64,000 nucleotides of DNA, from assembly GCA_903865705.1 (NCBI GenBank), contig CAIPKT010000104.1, positions 56,444 to 120,443 of the forward strand, in the 5' to 3' direction. Both the position numbers and the translations under genes were made by a program. Source of the DNA: an uncultured Chlorobiaceae bacterium (GTDB taxonomy: Bacteria > Bacteroidota > Chlorobiia > Chlorobiales > Chlorobiaceae). Numbering within the stretch: the first letter of the stretch is position 1; every line of letters starts with the position of its first letter. Below the pieces are notes generated by a model. That model was given only the letters and a program-made list of their open reading frames with translations. It made no database searches and was not told the DNA's origin. Shown here piece by piece: positions 30,332 through 40,110 of this stretch.

Positions 30332-32011
30332 TCAAAACTCATAATTCAGCGCAAAGGTAAAACCGGATTGCCCTTCGTCACCCTCTACCTGACGGGAATA
30401 GTCGGCATGGAGAAGCAGCTCTTTGGTGGCCATTATTTCAACACCAACAGTACCGGTAAAAAAATGGGAGTCGCTTGGGGAAGAAGAAGTTGTGACACTC
30501 TCTTCCCAACCATTCAAAGACGCTGTTACGGCCTGTGCATCGAGGCGTTTTGCGTAAGTCCAGTCAATTTCCAGGGAGGGGGTGATTTTTTTATGATTTT
30601 TCAACACAAACTCTCTTTCGATCCTCAGATCAGCTTGGCAGTGAACGGTTTGACTGTGAGCCGCCTTTACCGTCCAGTCAAGACTTCCTGCTCCATTTTC
30701 AGTAAATCCATTTCTTACCTGATACGCATAACCGAGGCCAAACGAGGGGAGAAGTTTCAGCGGGCCTGCAGAGAGCAAAACACCGCTTCGCAGAGCAATA
30801 TCAGCATCCCATGCTTTATGAGTTGCCTTTGCTGTTCTTGAAAGGGCTGAGAGCGGTGATACTGTCGGGCCATGCGCCGACGGAAGGTAGAAGGTGCCGA
30901 TATAAATATTCCGCCGGGTACTGCCATCCGCTGAACCGGCACTGACAGCTGCCTGCAGAAAAGCGTGCTCAAGATAGAGTACTGAGTATGCCGCTGCGCG
31001 ATAGTAGTCGGTATTTGCCGTTCCTCCATTGTCATACCAGTCAACAGTTCCCTGCATCCATGCCAAGGAAAAGCCTGACACCCCCTTTTCAGAACTTTTT
31101 TTATCGAAACCGATTATCATTCCGTTGATATCACCATCAAACCCCGAAGCAGGGCATTTTTGAACCGTTCTTGCAGCTTGAGCCCATAAGCCTGATGTCG
31201 ATCTGTTCACTACCAGACGGTCAATGCGGTCATCAATAGCCTCATTTTGCATAGCAACAACATGGTATCCGGATACAGCAAGATGATCAAAGCGCTCAGG
31301 GGAGATACTGTTGAGCGCACTGTTGAACAACTCCTGACTGGCCGGATTATAGAGTACGTCAAGGCAATTGAAAACGGATTCCATATCAGAATAAGGCACA
31401 GGAGTATGCGAAACAAGGTAGGTACCAAGAGCGCGCCCATTATCGGAGCTTGCCATTGCCGGGTAATAGAGTACAGCATCCGTCACGGACTGGCCGTTAA
31501 AAAAGATAGTGTTCGAAGTTGACTGGAATTGCTGGCCGCCTCCCTCTCCCCAACCATCGATAGGAGCGGCAATTCCGGTATAGAATGATTCCCCCGGAAC
31601 GGATAGACCAAGCGTCATCATGGTGGGAGTATTCGGCAAAGCAAAAAGAGCACGGATCTGCTGAGCATTCAATCCGCGAACAGAACTTGCCCGCATCACC
31701 CAACTGCCCTCCTGACCGGAAGCATTTGATAAGGCCGTCGGATTATAAAAGCGGATAAAAAACTGGGGGACCGTCGTTTTGGTACTGGTAACCAGAGTTG
31801 TCAACTCCCACGGCCCTTTACCAACCGCATACGGTGCATTCAGCACTGCCGGATCCACAAGAAAAGGGATATTTTCCGTGCCGATCGGCTGCGTAAGGGA
31901 GCGCCAGTCAGCCGCCCCTGCAGGTGAAGGACGCACTCCTGCAACTGCTGCAAGAATAAGCACATGTAAGACGAAGCCTCGCCACCCTTCAAATAATGAT
32001 TTCAGCTTCAT
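30332..32011 (-). CDS. Autotransporter (type Va) outer-membrane protein with a small passenger domain of uncertain function
   Basis: Signal peptide ending AGA-AD. The C-terminal ~280 aa show an alternating beta-strand pattern and end in FALNYEF (aromatic terminus), typical of the autotransporter beta-domain. The ~190-aa passenger contains ...ALFALPNTPT...GIAAPIDGWGEGGGQQF. Confidence 0.8.
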   Translation of the reverse strand: MKLKSLFEGWRGFVLHVLILAAVAGVRPSPAGAADWRSLTQPIGTENIPFLVDPAVLNAPYAVGKGPWELTTLVTSTKTTVPQFFIRFYNPTALSNASGQEGSWVMRASSVRGLNAQQIRALFALPNTPTMMTLGLSVPGESFYTGIAAPIDGWGEGGGQQFQSTSNTIFFNGQSVTDAVLYYPAMASSDNGRALGTYLVSHTPVPYSDMESVFNCLDVLYNPASQELFNSALNSISPERFDHLAVSGYHVVAMQNEAIDDRIDRLVVNRSTSGLWAQAARTVQKCPASGFDGDINGMIIGFDKKSSEKGVSGFSLAWMQGTVDWYDNGGTANTDYYRAAAYSVLYLEHAFLQAAVSAGSADGSTRRNIYIGTFYLPSAHGPTVSPLSALSRTAKATHKAWDADIALRSGVLLSAGPLKLLPSFGLGYAYQVRNGFTENGAGSLDWTVKAAHSQTVHCQADLRIEREFVLKNHKKITPSLEIDWTYAKRLDAQAVTASLNGWEESVTTSSSPSDSHFFTGTVGVEIMATKELLLHADYSRQVEGDEGQSGFTFALNYEF

Positions 32012-32083
32012 GATCTCTCATCAAACTTTAAAAAACATCATCAAGCGCATCAAACAGCTTCTCTCTCCAACCTCGCCTGAAAT

Positions 32084-32389
32084 TCAGTCAGGAGAGGCGC
32101 CAAGGCCATACGCTTTGTTACAAAAATCTGCCAACTTCTTGTGACAAGCAAACAACTCCGGCGTAGCCTTGAACATCTCCGAAAAGAATTGTGTGAGTCG
32201 AACGGCATCCTCTTCATATTCATGAACCATAAGGTTGTTGCCGTGTGTCGTCTCGACATACAAATCCACATCCCCACCCCGGCGTGAATCGTCAACACGC
32301 GAGACAAACAGCCAGACCTTCGCATCTTCTCCGAAGTTCTGCCGGGTTGCCTGAAGTATGCATTGCTGCTCTGTTGCGCTGAGTCTCAT
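32084..32389 (-). CDS. Minimal nucleotidyltransferase (MNT-type, antitoxin-like) without an intact HEPN partner
   Basis: VWLFVSRVDDSRRGGDVDLYV corresponds to the GS-x10-DxD pol-beta NTase motif (with Gly replaced by Val); 101 aa. Confidence 0.6.
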   Translation of the reverse strand: MRLSATEQQCILQATRQNFGEDAKVWLFVSRVDDSRRGGDVDLYVETTHGNNLMVHEYEEDAVRLTQFFSEMFKATPELFACHKKLADFCNKAYGLGASPD

Positions 32390-32592
32390 TAAGCGTTTCC
32401 TCGTCCGTTATACTACCCTGATGGATTTATTCACCTCTTTGTATTAAAAGATAGGTTATAAGTCAATGCTGACAAAAAGGATTTTGGAACGCTTGATTCG
32501 CTCCTCCAACAAGCTTCTTTTTGAGATCAGATAAAACTTTTTTAACATGTTATTCAACTGAGAGTGGGAAGGAAAAATAAATCAAGAGAGCA

Positions 32593-32841
32593 ATGGAAAA
32601 AGAAAAAGCGGATCAAATTATAGGTCTTCGTATTCCGAAAAGCATCGGACAACGGCTTGATACCCTTGCCCGGCGAACCGGCAGAACCAAAACATTTTAC
32701 ATTCGGGAGGCCATTCTTGAGCATCTCGATGATCTTGAGGATATCTATTTTGCCGAAAAGACATTGGAACGCGTAAGAAGTGGTAAAGAACAAGTTTCAA
32801 GTTTAGACGAAGTGGAGCATCGCCTTGGCCTGGAAGATTGA
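32593..32841 (+). CDS. Ribbon-helix-helix antitoxin (RelB/ParD/CopG-like)
   Basis: [43 protein letters not shown]. Overlaps the downstream toxin gene by 17 nt. Confidence 0.8.
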   Translation: MEKEKADQIIGLRIPKSIGQRLDTLARRTGRTKTFYIREAILEHLDDLEDIYFAEKTLERVRSGKEQVSSLDEVEHRLGLED

Positions 32842-33055
32842 AATTACGCGTGAAGCGGAGAAAGAGTTGGCCCGGATCGACAGGCAAGAGGCAAAACGGA
32901 TTATCAGCTATTTGCGAAATCGAGCCGCATTAAATCCAAGGCAGTGGGGTAAAGCGTTACAGGGTGATCTTTCGGGTTTATGGCGATACCGCGTTGGCAA
33001 TTATCGCGTGTTGTGTGAAATCAGGGATGCAGAGGTTACTGTCCTGGTCATTTGA
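32825..33055 (+). CDS. RelE/ParE-family toxin, apparently truncated by a premature TGA
   Basis: (TTG)[17 protein letters not shown]...[25 protein letters not shown]. The in-frame continuation VAHRKEVYR* (33056-33085) is the usual conserved C-terminus. Confidence 0.75.
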   Translation: MAWKIEITREAEKELARIDRQEAKRIISYLRNRAALNPRQWGKALQGDLSGLWRYRVGNYRVLCEIRDAEVTVLVI

Positions 33056-33324
33056 GTGGCTCATCGCAAAGAAGTGTATCGTTAATACCATAATATTGCC
33101 GATTATTCAATACTGTTTACGCTTGTATTAAAATAGTTTACAAAGAATAACCTGTAATTCTTGCCGATTACCTTGCCGATCTTCTTCTCATCCACCGTTT
33201 CTGGCACGCAACTCAATAACCCCCCGCTCATAAAAGGAGTCCAACCCTAACGTGCTGTTTTAGCTTTCCGGAGCATCATTAACGTTATGGATTTAGGTAT
33301 ATCTCTGTGGACCACATGAGAAGC

Positions 33325-33358
33325 AGAAAACAAAAAAGCCCTTGTTTTACAAGGGCTT
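33325..33358 (-). terminator. Rho-independent terminator after ssrA
   Basis: Minus strand aagcccttg-taaaa-caagggctt followed by TTTTTGTTTT. Confidence 0.7.
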
Positions 33359-33394
33359 AGAGTCTTTATGGTATGTTAAAAAACTCATATTTTG

Positions 33395-33795
33395 TGGAGA
33401 TGGCGGGATTCGAACCCGCGTCCAAAACATTGCTCAATAAAGCTGCCACACTCATCTCAGGTGTTCAGTGTTTCATGAACCGGTGCTACACCTGTAAAGT
33501 TCGGTTCACTATCCCTCTTTGTATCACCCTCCTGTCTCTTCGGGCAAAAACAGTCGGAGCTTACTTGCGCGAGCCGAAGCTCAAGCGCTGGTTATGCCAT
33601 CCGGTGGCTTCAGAGTAAGCGCCTCCCCCACCGGACGATGGCTGATTAATTAACTTGTGCTAATCAGGCAGCCATTGCATACGAATAATCGTCTGCATGT
33701 AATGTTTGCATAGACTTCTTTAACGAGTCCATCCATGCTGAAACTCGGAGTGCAACTCCATCTTACACCTGCCCTGTCAAAAGCCTGTCATCCCC
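33395..33795 (-). ncRNA. ssrA: tmRNA (SsrA)
   Basis: 5' GGGGATGACAGGCTTTTGACAGGG pairs with the 3' ...GGGTTCGAATCCCGCCATCTCCA, including a G3-U70 pair. The internal tag reading frame GCAGACGATTATTCGTATGCAATGGCTGCCTGA encodes ADDYSYAMAA*. Confidence 0.92.
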
Positions 33796-33908
33796 ATGTT
33801 AACAAAGAACAATTTTCCCCACTTAAACGGAGTACTATATATCGTTTTCCTTTCAATTCAGCAACAACTATCACACAGCATTAATTCCATGCAGGCAAAA
33901 AGAGCGGT

Positions 33909-34472
33909 TCAGTTCAGCCCCGGCAGTTCGGGTGAGTTTGCCACAAGCTGATACTCTCCTCCCTTCGAACGCACCGTGCGGCCCCACATCCTTTCGTAGG
34001 CGTCACTGAAGATAACGTCTTTTGTGGCTTCGGCTGTGTACCAGGCACCCTCTTCAAACTCTGCCTTAAGCTGTCCGGCGGTCCAGCCGGCATAACCAAG
34101 GAAAAAGCGGATCTCGGAGGGCATCATGACACCGGTATTGAGCAGATAACTTAGTTCATTCTTGTCTCCTCCCCAGAAAATTCCGGGAAAAATCTCATGT
34201 GAGCCCTCAATGAGATCCCCTCTGGTATGGAGAAAATGGACAGTATCAACCTCTACCGGTCCGCCCATGTGCAATCGTTCTTCGACCTCTTCAAAGCCGG
34301 CGATAGCCTCACAAACCTTGAACTCCATAGGACGATTCAGTATAAAACCCAAAGAACCGTGTTCATTATGCTCACACATAACCAAAACAGTCCGCTTGAA
34401 ACTTGATTCAAGCATATTGGCTGAGGCAAGCAGAAGTTTTCCGGCTTTAAGCTTGTCAAATTCGTTTAGCAT
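33909..34472 (-). CDS. YqgE/AlgH-family (UPF0301) protein
   Basis: GKLLLASANMLESSFKRTVLVMCEHNEHGSLGFILNRP. Confidence 0.85.
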   Translation of the reverse strand: MLNEFDKLKAGKLLLASANMLESSFKRTVLVMCEHNEHGSLGFILNRPMEFKVCEAIAGFEEVEERLHMGGPVEVDTVHFLHTRGDLIEGSHEIFPGIFWGGDKNELSYLLNTGVMMPSEIRFFLGYAGWTAGQLKAEFEEGAWYTAEATKDVIFSDAYERMWGRTVRSKGGEYQLVANSPELPGLN

Positions 34473-34481
34473 TTTTCTCTC

Positions 34482-34952
34482 TCAGTTTTTTTGCTGAAAA
34501 TAGTTGAGCAACTCTTCGGCATGTTCCGCCGGACTGACTTTAGGCCACACATGCTCAATGATTCCCTCTTCACTGATAAGATAGGTCACCCTGCTGGTAC
34601 CCATATACTCGCGTCCCATAAATTTTTTCATTCCCCAGACACCGTACGCTTCAACAATCTTCTTGTCGGGATCGGAAACAAGGCGGAACGGGAGCTGATA
34701 CTTCTCGGCAAACTTTTTATGCTTGCCCTCATCATCAATACTTACGCCAAGTACGTCTACCCCTGCAATGTTAAATTTAGGGAAATTATCGCGAAAAGCA
34801 CAAGCCTCCTTGGTGCATCCGGGGGTATCATCTTTTGGATAAAAATAAAGAACCACCCGTCTGCCACGGTACTCTTCGAGGGTTACCAGCTTTCCATCCT
34901 GATCTTTTGCCGATATGGCAGGGGCCTTGACACCCGGTTCAAGTATTGACAT
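34482..34952 (-). CDS. bcp: Thiol peroxidase Bcp (peroxiredoxin)
   Basis: VVLYFYPKDDTPGCTKEACAFRD. Confidence 0.92.
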   Translation of the reverse strand: MSILEPGVKAPAISAKDQDGKLVTLEEYRGRRVVLYFYPKDDTPGCTKEACAFRDNFPKFNIAGVDVLGVSIDDEGKHKKFAEKYQLPFRLVSDPDKKIVEAYGVWGMKKFMGREYMGTSRVTYLISEEGIIEHVWPKVSPAEHAEELLNYFQQKN

Positions 34953-35037
34953 TGGTGTAAATGAAACTTATTCTGTTGATAATACTGTTCTCGTTTCTTA
35001 ATCAATCGTTACTGCAAAAAGTTTCTTTCCTGTTATT

Positions 35038-35586
35038 ATGAAGCCATATTCATTTTGTCCAATATGCGGAAAAACACTTGACCAGGCCATGATTGATGGC
35101 CGCGACAGAATGTTTTGCCCCTCATGCTCATGGGTACATTACATCAACCCTCTTCCTGTAGCGGTAGCCTATACCGTCAATAGCAATAACGAACTCTTGG
35201 TCATCCGCAGAGCTCATGAACCGGCATTCAATGAGTGGGCTCTTCCTGGCGGATTTCTTGAAGCCGGTGAAGAACCGCATGAAGGTTGTTTGCGGGAACT
35301 GATGGAGGAGACGTCACTGAACGGCAAAATCGATCGTCTTATCGGCATCTACCACCGCGAGGTCGAAATGTACGGATCGCTTCTTGTTGTCGCCTACAGG
35401 GTAGTGGTTGAGGATGAAACAATAGCGATCAACCATGAACTGTTTGAGGCAGGTTTTTATCCGCAACACCTTATTCCTGATGTACGCATTCCCCTGCACC
35501 GCCAGATAATCACTGATGCTGCCCTGTACGACTCCGTTCAGAATTCTCCAACTTTCCAGCAGGCCGCTTCATGGCCGGCTTCATAA
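35038..35586 (+). CDS. NUDIX hydrolase with an N-terminal zinc ribbon
   Basis: CPICG...CPSC, then the Nudix box GGFLEAGEEPHEGCLRELMEETSL. Confidence 0.85.
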   Translation: MKPYSFCPICGKTLDQAMIDGRDRMFCPSCSWVHYINPLPVAVAYTVNSNNELLVIRRAHEPAFNEWALPGGFLEAGEEPHEGCLRELMEETSLNGKIDRLIGIYHREVEMYGSLLVVAYRVVVEDETIAINHELFEAGFYPQHLIPDVRIPLHRQIITDAALYDSVQNSPTFQQAASWPAS

Positions 35587-36509
35587 GCAGACAGTTCAGG
35601 CTGTTCCTGACGGCAGTGAGCGTCGGCGTGAGGGCATCTTCCGGCAAACCGGCACCCTTCAGGCAGGTTGACGGCGCTCGGCACATTGCCTTCGATGACA
35701 TAAAGACGCTCTTTTGAAGAACCGAGACGGGGAATGGAGTTAAGCAATCCACGGGTATAGGGGTGAAGGGGATTGTTGAAAAGCTGCTGAACCGATCCTT
35801 TTTCGACAACTCTTGATGCATACATGACCAGAACCTCTTCACAAAGCTCGGCTACAACCCCGAAATCGTGGGTAATGAGCATAACACTCATTCCGGTATC
35901 GGACTGAAGCTTACCGATAAGGTCAAGGATTTGAGCCTGAACGGTGACATCAAGCGCAGTGGTCGGTTCGTCGGCGATGAGGAGCGCCGGATTGCAGGAG
36001 AGCGCCATGGCAATCATGACCCGCTGGCGCATACCGCCCGAAAGTTCATGGGGATAGGATGAAAAACGTTCCGCAGGATTTGGAATCCCGACCAGATTCA
36101 GCAACTCAACAGAGCGTTTTTTCGCCTCTGCATGGTTGACGTCGCGGTGAATGAGGATCTGTTCCATAATCTGGCTTCCGCAGGTAAAAACCGGATTGAG
36201 CGAACTCATCGGTTCCTGGAAAATCATGGCGATCTCATTGCCTCGCAGTTTGCGCATTTCTTCTTCAGGAAGCTTCAGGAGATCTCTCCCCTTCCAGAAA
36301 ATTTCCCCGCCCGCAAAATAACCGGGAGGCATGGGCACAAGACGCATCAGAGAGAGCGCTGTCACCGATTTTCCGCACCCCGACTCCCCCACAATTCCAA
36401 GCGTACGGTTCCGCCCAAGAGAAAAACTCACCCCATCAACAGCCTTTGCTACACCATTGTCGGTAGAATAGTACGTTTTGAGATTTTTCAGTTCAAGAAT
36501 TTTTTCCAT
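35538..36509 (-). CDS. Oligopeptide/dipeptide-type ABC transporter ATP-binding protein (OppD/DppD-like)
   Basis: Start [10 protein letters not shown]; Walker A GESGCGKS, signature LSGGMRQR, Walker [13 protein letters not shown], and a C-terminal Cys-rich oligopeptide-transporter tail. No permease or binding-protein gene is adjacent. Confidence 0.88.
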   Translation of the reverse strand: MEKILELKNLKTYYSTDNGVAKAVDGVSFSLGRNRTLGIVGESGCGKSVTALSLMRLVPMPPGYFAGGEIFWKGRDLLKLPEEEMRKLRGNEIAMIFQEPMSSLNPVFTCGSQIMEQILIHRDVNHAEAKKRSVELLNLVGIPNPAERFSSYPHELSGGMRQRVMIAMALSCNPALLIADEPTTALDVTVQAQILDLIGKLQSDTGMSVMLITHDFGVVAELCEEVLVMYASRVVEKGSVQQLFNNPLHPYTRGLLNSIPRLGSSKERLYVIEGNVPSAVNLPEGCRFAGRCPHADAHCRQEQPELSAYEAGHEAACWKVGEF

Positions 36510-36594
36510 ATATAACAATCTGTCCCGCAAGCTCTTGTTTAAGGCATTTCGTTCTGCCGGAGTCAAGCATGAAAATATGGTTTGTACACTACAT

Positions 36595-39500
36595 ATGAAA
36601 ATGTTATCAGATTTAGACCCGCAAAGCACTGCAGTCATCAAAAAAAATTCCGCTTTTCTTTTTGATACCATCAGAAAATCGAGTCAATACGCCTTGTTGA
36701 AAGAGAGTGTGCTTAACTGCCTCCCTGATAAAAAAGGAAGATATACCCCGATTACTCTCTCTGGCCTGCATGGGTCGCTCTCTTCGATTATTGCGGCAGT
36801 GCTGTTTACTGATCTTCACTCGTCTCTGATGCTCCTTTGCGGCCAGAACAGCTTCGAGCGATATGAAAATGATGTTGACGTCCTTCTGCCTAAAGAGACT
36901 CTCTGCAATACCTCGGATGAACTTTCACTGTCAATCGGGGCACTGTCAATCGGGAAAAAATCGGTTATTCTCTCCTTTTTCGATGATCTTGATGTCACCC
37001 TTTGCAAGCCGGCCGAAGCCGAAAAGCGGATTTTTCGCATAAAGACAGAGCTTGACTCGGGATACGAACCACTGAAACGTTTTCTTGTTGACAACAGCTT
37101 TGAGCAGAGGGAGTTTGTTGAGGATGAGGGAGAGTTTTCCGTGCGCGGCTCAATCATCGACGTTTTTCCTTGCGGAGCTCGGGAACCCGTGCGAATCGAA
37201 TTTTTCGGCGATACGGTCACCTCACTGCGAGTGTTTGACATCAATAGTCAGCTTTCGGGAAAAATATTGGCGTCAGCAGATCTGACGGCCTGTTTCACCG
37301 ATGCCCTGAACAGCACAACAGAGCCCGAAACAGGCATTCTTGACTATCTTGATCCGTCAACCCTTATTATCATTGATGATGACAGGGAATTTGCATCACG
37401 TGATAACCATGATATCCTTTCTGCCGCTCTTTCGAGGTTCCGTTGCATAAGAATAGACTCTTCTGGACCTTCAGCTATTGATTTTTGTTCCGGTCCACAG
37501 AAAAAACTGAACGCCAATTTCCGCACGCTTGCCGCACTGCTGCAACAAGAAACTGCCGAACACAAAAAGCCCCTTTTTGCAACCAGTTCACGCCGCGAAA
37601 TCGCCGAGTTGACCGATTTTCTTACCGTTGAGATATCAAGCGCTAAACGCACCGGTCAGCTCGAAGCAAGCTGGATTCCGCTCAATTTGCATACTGGCTT
37701 TATCTTCAACGATCTTGACCTTTATACCGAATCCGACATCTTCGGGAAACTGCACGCCCATAAAGCGCACCGGAAGCGGAAAATCCGGGGAATCTCGCTT
37801 AAGGATCTTCAGAAGCTCAAAGTTGGCGACTATGTGGTTCATGAGGATTACGGTATCGGAATCTTCCAGTCACTTGAGACCATAACGGCCGGAAATTCCG
37901 AACAGGAGTGTGTGCTTGTTGAATATGCCGGAGGAGACAAGCTTTTTGTCAATATCCAGAATATCAGACTGCTTTCTAAGTATACGGCCTCCGAAAGCTC
38001 TCTTCCAGCCCTGTCAAAACTTGGCAGTTCAAAATGGGCTGCAAAAAAAGATAAAGTCCGCAAGCAACTCCGTGATATTGCTATTAATCTGATCAAGGTT
38101 TATGCGCAACGGAAAATGCAACCCGGCTTTGCCTTTGCTCCCGACTCTATCTACATGCGGGAGTTTGATGCCGCTTTTATTTTTGATGAAACCCCTGATC
38201 AGCTCAGGGCAATTCATGATGTCAAAAAAGATATGCAGGAGCCTCACCCAATGGATCGGCTGATTTGCGGTGATGCGGGTTTTGGAAAAACCGAGATTGC
38301 CATGCGCGCGGCATTCAAGGCGGTGGAATCGGGCAAGCAAGTTGCCGTTTTGACGCCGACAACCATTCTTGCACACCAGCACGCCGAATCGTTTACCAGA
38401 AGATTTGAGAATTTCCCGGTTTCGATAGCGGTGCTCAGCCGTTTTGTGCCACGCAAGGATCAACAGGAGATCATCAAAAAAATAGCACAGGGGAAAATTG
38501 ATATTGTCATCGGCACCCACCGGCTTGTCTCGAAAGATGTGCTTTTTAAAGATCTTGGGCTGCTCGTGATTGATGAAGAACAGCACTTTGGCGTTGAGGT
38601 AAAAGAGAAGTTGCGTGAACAGTTCCCCGGCGTCGATACCCTGACCATGTCAGCGACCCCCATACCGCGAACCCTGCAGTTTTCGATGCTTGGCGCCAGA
38701 GACCTATCCATTGTCTCGACCCCTCCAAAAAACCGCCAGCCGGTTGAAACCCTCATTACCGATTATGACACAGCCCTTATCCAATCGGCGATAAAAAGGG
38801 AGATCAAGCGGGAGGGACAGGTATTTTTTCTCCATAACCGTATTGCATCGCTTGATGACATTCTGACAACACTCCGGGAACTTGTTCCCTCTGCACGGAT
38901 TGTCTTTGCTCATGGTCAGCTTCCCGCCAGAGAGCTTGAAAAGATTATGATGGATTTCATGCAGAAGGAAGTGGATGTGCTCATCTCCACCACCATCATC
39001 GGCTCCGGGCTCGACATTTCGAACGCCAATACCATCATCATCAACCGGGCCGACATGTTCGGACTTTCTGATCTCTATCAGTTACGCGGAAGGGTTGGAC
39101 GAAGTGAACGGAAAGCTTACTGCTACCTCATCACCCCGCCGCTCAACACACTGAAAAAAGATGCCGTTCAGCGTCTGGCTGTTATCGAAAGCTTTACGGA
39201 ACTCGGATCGGGCTTCAACATCGCGCTACGCGATCTTGATATCCGGGGAGCAGGCAACCTGCTCGGAGCGGAACAGTCGGGATATATCCATGAACTCGGC
39301 TTCGATCTTTACCAGAAAATGCTTGAAGAGACAGTTGCCGAACTCAAATCAACCGAGTTCAGCCACATGTTTACAACTGAGGGTGCAAAGGCTGCAAGAA
39401 CGATAAAAGCGTGCGACCTTCTCTTCTTTTTTGACGCCCTCATTCCGGAATACTACCTCACGGCAACCCCTGAGCGCTTTGCCTTTTATGACAAAATCTC

Positions 39501-39906
39501 GAAAGCCTCAACAGAGCAGAAGGTCGACAGCCTGGAGGCAGAACTCAAGGATCGCTTCGGCCCCCTTCCCGAAGAGGTTGCAAACCTGCTGTTGCTGACA
39601 AAACTCAAAATCACCGGTTCAGCTCTCGGACTGGAAAAAATTGACCTCCAACCACAAAGTGCCATCCTCTTTCTGCCCGATCAGGATAACGAGCATCTTG
39701 CCAACAAAGCTTTTTTGCAATACCTCTTTGTTTCGGTTCAGGAACCATGGATGCAGGAGTACAAACCGGGATTCAAGATGGATAAAAAAATGAAGCTGGT
39801 GCTGCATCATCCTTCCGGCAGCGACACAACGCCCACCGGGTTGCTGCACCGTTACACCGAACTACTGAAGAAACTTGAGTTGGAGTCGAAAAGCCAGTCG
39901 GTATAA
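36595..39906 (+). CDS. mfd: Transcription-repair coupling factor
   Basis: CarD-like region ([12 protein letters not shown]), helicase motifs [16 protein letters not shown] and SATPIPRT, and a TRG region. The start is uncertain (ATG at 36577, 36595 or 36601); the track start at 36478 overlaps the divergent ABC gene and is unlikely. Confidence 0.93.
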   Translation: MKMLSDLDPQSTAVIKKNSAFLFDTIRKSSQYALLKESVLNCLPDKKGRYTPITLSGLHGSLSSIIAAVLFTDLHSSLMLLCGQNSFERYENDVDVLLPKETLCNTSDELSLSIGALSIGKKSVILSFFDDLDVTLCKPAEAEKRIFRIKTELDSGYEPLKRFLVDNSFEQREFVEDEGEFSVRGSIIDVFPCGAREPVRIEFFGDTVTSLRVFDINSQLSGKILASADLTACFTDALNSTTEPETGILDYLDPSTLIIIDDDREFASRDNHDILSAALSRFRCIRIDSSGPSAIDFCSGPQKKLNANFRTLAALLQQETAEHKKPLFATSSRREIAELTDFLTVEISSAKRTGQLEASWIPLNLHTGFIFNDLDLYTESDIFGKLHAHKAHRKRKIRGISLKDLQKLKVGDYVVHEDYGIGIFQSLETITAGNSEQECVLVEYAGGDKLFVNIQNIRLLSKYTASESSLPALSKLGSSKWAAKKDKVRKQLRDIAINLIKVYAQRKMQPGFAFAPDSIYMREFDAAFIFDETPDQLRAIHDVKKDMQEPHPMDRLICGDAGFGKTEIAMRAAFKAVESGKQVAVLTPTTILAHQHAESFTRRFENFPVSIAVLSRFVPRKDQQEIIKKIAQGKIDIVIGTHRLVSKDVLFKDLGLLVIDEEQHFGVEVKEKLREQFPGVDTLTMSATPIPRTLQFSMLGARDLSIVSTPPKNRQPVETLITDYDTALIQSAIKREIKREGQVFFLHNRIASLDDILTTLRELVPSARIVFAHGQLPARELEKIMMDFMQKEVDVLISTTIIGSGLDISNANTIIINRADMFGLSDLYQLRGRVGRSERKAYCYLITPPLNTLKKDAVQRLAVIESFTELGSGFNIALRDLDIRGAGNLLGAEQSGYIHELGFDLYQKMLEETVAELKSTEFSHMFTTEGAKAARTIKACDLLFFFDALIPEYYLTATPERFAFYDKISKASTEQKVDSLEAELKDRFGPLPEEVANLLLLTKLKITGSALGLEKIDLQPQSAILFLPDQDNEHLANKAFLQYLFVSVQEPWMQEYKPGFKMDKKMKLVLHHPSGSDTTPTGLLHRYTELLKKLELESKSQSV

Positions 39907-40110
39907 ACCACCAGCAAGCATACCATCGTGTTGTGTAACAAATAGTTCGAGTCCACTCAAAGTCGGTGCGATGGTTGGAATGATTTGTTTTTTGAATTTG
40001 CCGAGAATAAGCGTAATTTTTATAATAAAATAATCGGTTCAGAGCGATGTGGCACCGCTTTTCGCCATGCGTAAAGATTGAGGTTCATTTATTCATTTCT
40101 ATGAAGATCT

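Noticed and set aside
33373-33618. 81-aa plus-strand ORF
   Set aside because: It lies inside, and antisense to, the tmRNA gene.
40050-40066. TGGCACCGCTTTTCGCC upstream of tpsB as a sigma-54 promoter
   Set aside because: The GC of the -12 element is displaced by one nucleotide relative to the GG (GG-N11-GC instead of N10), and the TTGC core is absent.
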